Virus record (IMG/VR): IMGVR_UViG_3300008097_000018
Span: 1-24,081 of that record
DNA length: 24,081 bases
Direction: 5' to 3' (one strand)
Origin: a virus
Taxonomy: Duplodnaviria; Caudoviricetes
Part shown: one piece after another, positions 16,904 through 24,081 of the stretch
How positions within the stretch are numbered: the first letter of the stretch is position 1
How the letters are laid out: each line of letters opens with the position of its first letter
Notes under the pieces: model-generated
The model's database searches: none
Told to the model about the DNA's origin: nothing
The model's input: the letters and a program-made list of their open reading frames with translations, nothing else
Made by a program: the position numbers and the translations under genes

Positions 16904-18460
16904 ATGGCTGCTATAATAACTGATCAAATTAGAATATTAAATGCAAAGAATTTTATTGCTGGAGTAACTTCTAGTACAAATGCATATTATTCTTTTGTTG
17001 GGTTGCCAAATCCTACTGATGTTGCAACTGATTGGAATACAACTCCACCATCCCCCAAAGATAGTTTTTCGGAAGAAAATAATTATTGGGATACTATGGT
17101 CGCATTAAAGAAAATAAATTCTGAAGATGCAAAACAAGTTGTTACCAAAAGAGTGTGGTCATCAGGAACTACCTATGACATGTATAGGGGAGACTATAGT
17201 AGAACAAATACTGCTCCAGTTTCGGGGGCAACTAATTTATATACATCAACTTATTATGTGGTAAACAGTGATTATAGAGTTTATGAATGTCTTCAAAATG
17301 GTACTGATCCAGATAATCCTAATGGAAGACCATCTTTAGATGAACCAACGTTTACTGATTTGGAACCAAAATCTGCTGGAAGTAGTGGTGACAATTATAT
17401 ATGGAAATATCTTTATACAATTAAACCATCCGATATTGTAAAGTTTGATTCTACAGACTTTATGCCTGTTCCTAAAGATTGGTCAACAAGTAGTGATAAT
17501 GCAGCAGTTAGAGATAATGCAGTTGATGGATCTATTAAAATTGTAACAGTTACTAATAGGGGAGTGAGTATTGGTCCTGTAGGTGGTACTGAATATCGAA
17601 ATGTTCCTATTAAGGGAGATGGAAGTGGTGCAGAATGTACTATAACTACAACTAACGATCAACAGGTTGATACCATAGTTCTTTCTAAGCAAGGATCTGG
17701 ATACACTTATGGAAGTGTTGATTTAGAAGCAGGATCTGTTCCTACAGGAAGCACTAGACCTTTGTTTGATGTTATTATTCCACCTCAAGGTGGGCATGGA
17801 TCTAATATTTACAGAGAACTTGGTGCTTACAATGTTTTATTATATTCTAGAATTGAAAATGATAATGAGAATCCTGATTTTGTAACTGGAAATGATATTG
17901 CTAGAGTTGGTGTGGTATGTAATCCTCAACAATACGATTCTACTTCACTTTTAAGTTCTGATAAGGCAAGTGCTCTTCGTGCTTTGAGATTAGCAGGAAC
18001 TGGTTATAGCTCTGCTACATTTACAGCAGATTCATATGTCACTCAAACAATTGCAACTGGATCAACTGCAGTGGGAAGAGTTGTTAATTACGATCAAACT
18101 ACTGGAGTTTTAAAATATTGGCAAGATAGATCTCTTTCTGGTTTTAACACTGCTGGATTAGGAGTAACAGATCCTCAATATGGATTTAATTTAAATGCAT
18201 TCACTGCTTCTCCTAGTACTGGTGGAAGTGTAGAAATTACTCCTTCATCTGGATCTACTCTAGAGATTGATACTGGGTTTACGGGTCTATCTACCGTAAT
18301 AAATAATAGGACATATTATCTTGGTCAGAGTTTTACTGAAGGTATTGCCAATCCTGAAGTTAAAAAATACTCAGGAAATATTATTTTTATTGATAATAGA
18401 CCAGCTATTACTCGGTCAACAAACCAAAAAGAAGATATCAAAATAGTTTTGCAGTTCTAA
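16904..18460 (+). CDS. gp8: Baseplate wedge subunit gp8
   Basis: 518 aa. MAAIITDQIRILNAKNF, YWDTMVALKKI, YYVVNSDYRVYECL, DNYIWKYLYTI and the C-terminal SGNIIFIDNRPAITRSTNQKEDIKIVLQF are characteristic of T4-like gp8. Confidence 0.95.
   Translation: MAAIITDQIRILNAKNFIAGVTSSTNAYYSFVGLPNPTDVATDWNTTPPSPKDSFSEENNYWDTMVALKKINSEDAKQVVTKRVWSSGTTYDMYRGDYSRTNTAPVSGATNLYTSTYYVVNSDYRVYECLQNGTDPDNPNGRPSLDEPTFTDLEPKSAGSSGDNYIWKYLYTIKPSDIVKFDSTDFMPVPKDWSTSSDNAAVRDNAVDGSIKIVTVTNRGVSIGPVGGTEYRNVPIKGDGSGAECTITTTNDQQVDTIVLSKQGSGYTYGSVDLEAGSVPTGSTRPLFDVIIPPQGGHGSNIYRELGAYNVLLYSRIENDNENPDFVTGNDIARVGVVCNPQQYDSTSLLSSDKASALRALRLAGTGYSSATFTADSYVTQTIATGSTAVGRVVNYDQTTGVLKYWQDRSLSGFNTAGLGVTDPQYGFNLNAFTASPSTGGSVEITPSSGSTLEIDTGFTGLSTVINNRTYYLGQSFTEGIANPEVKKYSGNIIFIDNRPAITRSTNQKEDIKIVLQF
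18297..18305 (+). promoter_or_regulatory. Putative late promoter (TAATAAATA) inside the 3' end of gp8
   Basis: Same 9-mer as the two intergenic promoters, about 160 nt upstream of the next start codon. The gp8-VrlC gap is only 6 nt and cannot hold a promoter. Confidence 0.55.
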
Positions 18461-18466
18461 AAAATC

Positions 18467-21400
18467 ATGCCACAGCAAACCAACTTAAATGTAGCCCCAT
18501 ACTTTGACGATTATGATTCGTCTAGTGATTTTTATCGGGTTTTATTTAAGCCAGGATATCCTGTCCAAGCTAGAGAATTAACAGCTCTTCAATCCATATT
18601 ACAAAATCAAATTGAAAAGTTTGGTCAACATTTTTTTAAAGAAGGTGCAAAAGTAATACCTGGTAATACTGGATATAATCGTATATATTATGGCATACAG
18701 ATTAATAATAATTATCAAGGAATTCCTGTATCAGCTTATGTTGATCAATTAGTAGGAACAAAAATAACAGGTCAAAGATCTGGTGTAAGTGCTGTTGTAG
18801 ATAAAGTTTTATTAGCAGAAGATTCTGAAAGAGGTCAACTTACTCTTTATATAAATTATCTAACATCCAACACATCAAATAATTCTACTCAAGTATTTTC
18901 TGATGGAGAGGAATTAACATGCTCAGAAATAATAACTTCAGGATTATTAGGTAATACTGCGATTGCTGCTGGGGCTCCATTTGCTCGTACAGTAACAAGT
19001 AATGCTGCTGTAACTGGATCTTCATTTCAAATTCAAAATGGTGTATATTTTGTTCGTGGTCAATTCTGCAATGTAAATCAAGAAACACTTCTTCTTGATC
19101 AATATAATAATACTCCAAGTTATAGGGTAGGATTATTTGTAAATGAAGAGATAATTAATGCAGATATAGATGAAAGTTTAAATGATAATTCACAAGGATT
19201 TAATAATTACTCTGCACCAGGTGCTGATAGATTAAAAATATCTTTAAGTTTATTTAAAAAATCTACTGATGATTTTGATGATAATAGTTTTGTTGAATTA
19301 GCAGTAATAAATGATGGTGTTCTTAGAACTCAGAGAAAGGGATCGGCAGGAGGAGCTGCTCTTGGTGGATTTAGTGGAGTATATTCAAAAAACTTTGATT
19401 TAACCGATACTCTTGCAAGAAGAACTTTTGATGAAAGTGGTAATTATGATGTAAAACCTTTTGATGTTACTCTTTTAGAATCTTTAGATGATAATATTGG
19501 AAATAGGGGAGTATTTAAAGCAGGTCAATTTACACCAGGTGGAGAAACTCCAAGTGATGATTTGGCATTATATAAACTTTCTCCAGGTAAAGCTTATGTA
19601 AAGGGTTATGAGATTGAAACACTCAACCCAACATTCCTTGATGTACCTAAACCAAGAGATGTAAACACATTAAAAAATCAATCAATAATTTATAATACTG
19701 GTCCAACATTTAAAATCAATAGTGTCTTTAGAACTCCCACAGTAGGTATTGGTAGTACATATGTTCTAAGTTTAAGGGATGAAAGGGTTGGTGTAAACTC
19801 TGAAAGTGCTCCAGGACAAGAAATTGGTCTTGCGAGATTATATGATTTTAGACTTGAATCTGGATCATATGAAGTTGCAGAAAGTGATAGAGCTAAAAAT
19901 CAGTGGGATATATCATTATATGATGTACAAACTTTTAGTGAACTTACATTAAATCAACCTATTACACAATCTGTTCCTGCTTTTATTGAAGGAAAAAGTA
20001 GTGGAGCAACTGCCTTTCTTGTAGGCTCAGTTACTTCTGGGGTAGGATTAACTGTTTATGAGAAAAATGGTAATTTTATTGCAGATGAACAATTAATAAT
20101 TAATGGTATTAATAATGGAAGAACTGCAATAGGAATTACTGATTATACAGTTTCTGATGTTAAATCTCTTTATGGAACTGATGATAATACAATTGGTATT
20201 AACACCTTTAGTGCAAATATAATACCATCTGTTTTGACTGATGTTGGTATTGCTACTATTGGTATAGACAAAGGAGCAGCAGGAACTTTAATAAAAAGTA
20301 CTAATCCTAATTTCCCAGGTATTACTACTATTGGTAATCTTATTCAATATAGTGATCTTGATATATCAGAAGATCCTATTTTAGCAAGAGTAGTTAGTGT
20401 AACTTCAAACTCCATTTCTGTTGTTGGTGTTGCTACTGTTACTGGAGTGTGTAATGGTGGATTACCTATCGTTGGTTTAAATTCAGAAGGAGAATCATTA
20501 ACTGGTATTACAACAGCAGCAGCATTTAAGAATGTAAGTGATTTAAAAGTTTTATCAACCAAATTTGATGTTTCTACTGATAATACTTTAGTCACACGAC
20601 TTTCTAAGTCAAATATATCTAATGTTGATTTAACTGGTGCATCAGTTGTTATAAGAAAAACTTTTAATGTTAATATTAGTAGTGGTAGATTTGAAACTCC
20701 TATTCCTACGATTGATACAAATGAATCTTTCCAACCATTTACTCCAAAGAGATATTCTTTGATTGGTGCAGATGGTAAGACTCATGAATTAACAGCAGAT
20801 CAATTTGATTTTGGATCTGGAAATACTTGTCAGATCCGTGGTTTAACTGATCCTCCTGCTGCAAATAAAGGAGCAACTTTAATTGCTACTATTAAAAAGC
20901 AGAAACCAAAAGCAAAACAGAAGATAAGAAATAGGGTTAAATCTGTAGTTATTAATTATTCTAATGATGCTGCTTCTGGAATAGGAACTACTACATTAAA
21001 TGATGGATTGACATATGGTTCTTATCCATATGGAACAAGAGTTCAGGATAAAAATATATCAATAAATGATGCTGATATTATAGAAGTATTATCAATATAT
21101 GAGTCAGCAGATACAAGTGATCCATCATCACCAAAAGTTAATTTATCTTCTATTGTAACTCAATCAACAACAACAAATGAATTAATTATTGGTGAGCAAA
21201 TAATTGGACAGTCTAGTGAAGCTGTTGCAATGGTTGCAGAAAAACCAAGTGATAGTCAAATTACTGTGATTTATCAAAATGAGCATTTGTTTACAGAAGG
21301 AGAAATTGTAAATTTCCAAGAATCTGGTTCTAGTGCAATAGTTTCGAGTTTAGATTCTCCGAGTTTTGATATATCTCCAAATTTTTCATTCGTAGATGGT

Positions 21401-24081
21401 CAACAGTCAACTATTTACAATATTGGTCAAATTAAAAGAAAATTTGATTCAGATTCTCCATCTAAGAAGATAAAAATATATTATTCTAATGGATCTTTTG
21501 ATTCTGCAGATAATGGTGATTTTATAACTGCAAATTCTTATGATCAATATGATTATGGAATAGATATACCAAAATTGGATGGCACTTCTAATACTGATAT
21601 GATAGATATCAGACCAAGAGCATCCATAGTATCTTCTGTTTCTGAAGGAGATAGGTCTCCACTTGAATTTAAGGGAAGAAGTTTTAATGCATCTGGAAAC
21701 TCTGCTCCTAATATTTTAGCATCAGATGAATCATTATTGATTGATTACTCTTTTTATCTTGGAAGAATTGATAGGATATTCTTAAGTAAAGAGGGACAAT
21801 TCCAGATAAAGTATGGGGATCCTGGAGAAGACCCACAAAAACCTGTTCCTGTTGATGGTGCTATTGAAATAGCTACTGTTAGACTTCCACCTTATCTTTA
21901 TAATGTTGCTGGAGCACAGATTGATTTCTTAGATCGTAAGAGATTTACGATGTCTGATATTAAGAATCTTGAGAATAGAATCAAGAATCTTGAGTATTAT
22001 ACAACTCTTTCGTTATTAGAAACTAATACAGCAAATCTATTTGTAGCTGATAGTGATGGATTGAATAGATTTAAGTCTGGATTCTTTGTTGATAATTTTA
22101 CTGGATTCAAAACTCAAGAACAAGGAACACCTATTAACAATAGTATTGATCCCAAAAATAAAGAATTAAGACCAAGACATTATACCAACTCTGTTGATTT
22201 AATTTTTGGACCAGTTGTTGGTAATGATCCTACAGACGATCTTAATTTTTCTACAATTGAAGGAATAAATGTAAGAAAGAAAAATGATATTATAACTTTA
22301 GATTATTCTGAAGTTGAATGGTTAAAGCAAAGTTTTGCTACAAGGTCTGAAAGTGTTACTCCTTTCTTAATTAGTTTCTGGCAAGGAACTATGGAGATTA
22401 CTCCATCTTCTGATACATGGGTTGATACTACTAGATTGCAACCTAAAATTATTAATGTAGAAGGTGACTACCAATCTGTTTATAATAGAATGGTTGATAA
22501 TGGTGAGATTGATGCACAGACTGGATTTGGTCCAGTAACGTGGGGTTCATGGCAAACTACATGGACAGGAACAACAACTAATGATACTAGTAGAGATACT
22601 GTAATTTCTAATCAAACTCGTGTTTTTGGAATGGGTGGTTGGATTAATAACTTTAGTGGTGGATTTGGAAACCCTGCTAGAAGAATTAGAGAAACAGTTA
22701 ATAGAGTATCGAGAGAAACTGTAAGAACAACAACTCAACAAGGTGTTGAGAATAGAACAGGTACTCAAACATTAGTTACTGAATCATTTGATAGAACATC
22801 TGTTGGTGATAGAGTTGTAAGTAGAGATCTTATTCCATTTATGAGATCTAGAAATATTGAATTTATTGCTAAGAGAGTTAAACCTTTAACTAGACTTTAT
22901 GCTTTCTTTGATGGACAAGATGTTACTAAGTATTGTGTTCCAAAAATTCTTCAAATTAGTATGACCTCTGGAACTTTCCAAGTAGGTGAAACTGTTAGGG
23001 GAATTGTCAATCCAACAGGTCTTAGTCAAATAACTGCAGAAAGTTTACCTGAAATTAGATTCAGAGTAGCACAGTCAAATCATAAAGAAGGACCATATAA
23101 TGTTCCTACTAAGGTTTTTGCAGAAAACCCTTATACAAATCAAAGTTTCCCTGCATCTTATTCATCTACTTCTAATGTATTGAATGTAGATACATTCTCA
23201 CTATCTAATGAACCACAAGGATCTTACTTTGGTTGGGTTCAAGAAGGAATGGTTTTAAGAGGTCAATCTAGTGGAGCAATTGCAACTATTGAAGAAGTTC
23301 AACTTCTTTCAGATATTGGTGCATTTTGTGGTGGATCTTTCTATATTCCTAATCCTAATAATATTAGTTTCCCAAGATTTGAAACAGGAAGTAAAGTTCT
23401 TACATTAACTAATGATGCAGACAACAATCCTGATAATGCTACAACTGTTACTGATGAAACATTTACATCTGCTGGAACACTAGAAACTGTTCAAGAGAAT
23501 ATTGTTTCTGTTAGAAATGCAAGAATTGAACAGAGACAACAATTCCAAGAAAGAAATGTTAATAGAAGTCTTGGAACCGAGGTTGTAGGATCTACAGTTG
23601 TTTCTGAAAGCACAAATCAACAAATTATTGGGTGGTATGATCCTCTTGCTCAATCATTCTTAGTTGAAGATCCTGGTGGAATATTTGTTACTAAATGTGA
23701 TGTGTTCTTTAGAACAAAAGATGATATGGATATACCTGTGGTATTCCAAATTAGATCTATGAAGAATGGATTACCAACACAACACGTACTTCCTTTCTCT
23801 GAAATTGTATTAGATCCTTCAGAAGTTAGTATTTCTGCAGATGGATCTATTGCAACTACGGTTACTTTTAAAGCACCTGTTTATCTTGAAGGTAATAATA
23901 CAGAATATGCAGTAGCTTTAGCATCTAACTCCACTAAGTATAGTGTTTATATTTCAAGGATAGGTGAAACTGATCTATTAACTGATACATTTATTTCTAA
24001 CCAACCATACTTAGGTTCTCTCTTTAAGTCTCAAAATGCTTCTACATGGGAACCAAGTCAGTGGGAAGATTTGAAATTTAC
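18467..24081 (+). CDS. Large virion structural protein, VrlC-like / DUF4815 family (>=1871 aa, 3'-truncated by the window edge)
   Basis: The ATG at 18467 gives MPQQTNLNVAPYFDDY..FYRVLFKPGYPVQARELTALQSILQNQIEKFG. Later motifs are APGADRLKI, LARRTFDESGNY, RIKNLEYYTTLSLLE..NRFKSGFFVDNF, IPFMRSRNIEF, DPLAQSF and QPYLGSLFKSQNASTW. The start and end of the region are in the same frame. It is probably missing from the ORF track because it has no stop in the window. Confidence 0.9.
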   Translation, partial: MPQQTNLNVAPYFDDYDSSSDFYRVLFKPGYPVQARELTALQSILQNQIEKFGQHFFKEGAKVIPGNTGYNRIYYGIQINNNYQGIPVSAYVDQLVGTKITGQRSGVSAVVDKVLLAEDSERGQLTLYINYLTSNTSNNSTQVFSDGEELTCSEIITSGLLGNTAIAAGAPFARTVTSNAAVTGSSFQIQNGVYFVRGQFCNVNQETLLLDQYNNTPSYRVGLFVNEEIINADIDESLNDNSQGFNNYSAPGADRLKISLSLFKKSTDDFDDNSFVELAVINDGVLRTQRKGSAGGAALGGFSGVYSKNFDLTDTLARRTFDESGNYDVKPFDVTLLESLDDNIGNRGVFKAGQFTPGGETPSDDLALYKLSPGKAYVKGYEIETLNPTFLDVPKPRDVNTLKNQSIIYNTGPTFKINSVFRTPTVGIGSTYVLSLRDERVGVNSESAPGQEIGLARLYDFRLESGSYEVAESDRAKNQWDISLYDVQTFSELTLNQPITQSVPAFIEGKSSGATAFLVGSVTSGVGLTVYEKNGNFIADEQLIINGINNGRTAIGITDYTVSDVKSLYGTDDNTIGINTFSANIIPSVLTDVGIATIGIDKGAAGTLIKSTNPNFPGITTIGNLIQYSDLDISEDPILARVVSVTSNSISVVGVATVTGVCNGGLPIVGLNSEGESLTGITTAAAFKNVSDLKVLSTKFDVSTDNTLVTRLSKSNISNVDLTGASVVIRKTFNVNISSGRFETPIPTIDTNESFQPFTPKRYSLIGADGKTHELTADQFDFGSGNTCQIRGLTDPPAANKGATLIATIKKQKPKAKQKIRNRVKSVVINYSNDAASGIGTTTLNDGLTYGSYPYGTRVQDKNISINDADIIEVLSIYESADTSDPSSPKVNLSSIVTQSTTTNELIIGEQIIGQSSEAVAMVAEKPSDSQITVIYQNEHLFTEGEIVNFQESGSSAIVSSLDSPSFDISPNFSFVDGQQSTIYNIGQIKRKFDSDSPSKKIKIYYSNGSFDSADNGDFITANSYDQYDYGIDIPKLDGTSNTDMIDIRPRASIVSSVSEGDRSPLEFKGRSFNASGNSAPNILASDESLLIDYSFYLGRIDRIFLSKEGQFQIKYGDPGEDPQKPVPVDGAIEIATVRLPPYLYNVAGAQIDFLDRKRFTMSDIKNLENRIKNLEYYTTLSLLETNTANLFVADSDGLNRFKSGFFVDNFTGFKTQEQGTPINNSIDPKNKELRPRHYTNSVDLIFGPVVGNDPTDDLNFSTIEGINVRKKNDIITLDYSEVEWLKQSFATRSESVTPFLISFWQGTMEITPSSDTWVDTTRLQPKIINVEGDYQSVYNRMVDNGEIDAQTGFGPVTWGSWQTTWTGTTTNDTSRDTVISNQTRVFGMGGWINNFSGGFGNPARRIRETVNRVSRETVRTTTQQGVENRTGTQTLVTESFDRTSVGDRVVSRDLIPFMRSRNIEFIAKRVKPLTRLYAFFDGQDVTKYCVPKILQISMTSGTFQVGETVRGIVNPTGLSQITAESLPEIRFRVAQSNHKEGPYNVPTKVFAENPYTNQSFPASYSSTSNVLNVDTFSLSNEPQGSYFGWVQEGMVLRGQSSGAIATIEEVQLLSDIGAFCGGSFYIPNPNNISFPRFETGSKVLTLTNDADNNPDNATTVTDETFTSAGTLETVQENIVSVRNARIEQRQQFQERNVNRSLGTEVVGSTVVSESTNQQIIGWYDPLAQSFLVEDPGGIFVTKCDVFFRTKDDMDIPVVFQIRSMKNGLPTQHVLPFSEIVLDPSEVSISADGSIATTVTFKAPVYLEGNNTEYAVALASNSTKYSVYISRIGETDLLTDTFISNQPYLGSLFKSQNASTWEPSQWEDLKF

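Noticed and set aside
21962-21994. 12-nt direct repeat AAGAATCTTGAG with 21-nt period
   Set aside because: It encodes the heptad KNLENRI-KNLEYY of a coiled-coil-like motif and is explained by protein periodicity.
17483-22768. Minus-strand ORFs 17483..17692, 18885..19118, 20344..20595, 22547..22768
   Set aside because: Antisense shadows of gp8 and the VrlC-like gene.
18467-24081. Reading 'VrlC' as a bacterial virulence gene
   Set aside because: The name comes from a phage-like island in Dichelobacter nodosus. In this context the gene is a virion structural gene.

Overview
AT-rich (roughly one-third G+C by eye), densely coding window with all real genes on the + strand. It is the baseplate module of a large T4-like marine myovirus, most similar in gene order and sequence idiom to the T4-like cyanophages (P-SSM2/S-SM2 type; the host is inferred, not shown). 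Gene order: half of an upstream terminator, a 48-aa small ORF (47..193, not in the ORF track), gp25 (243..644), gp6 (647..2680), a giant 4722-aa gp7 (2698..16866), gp8 (16904..18460), and a VrlC/DUF4815-type virion protein that starts at 18467 and runs off the window (>=1871 aa, not in the ORF track). T4-type late promoter motifs (TAATAAATA) lie before gp25, before gp8 and inside the 3' end of gp8. I saw no RNA genes, CRISPR arrays, mobile elements, inteins or defence genes. The most unusual signal is inside gp7, whose domains look nested in one another rather than in series. The clearest case is a ~613-aa cassette of six Cys/His-containing modules whose opening and closing segments balance like parentheses, suggesting an out-and-back single-chain arm. 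All protein assignments come from motif recognition by eye; no searches were run.
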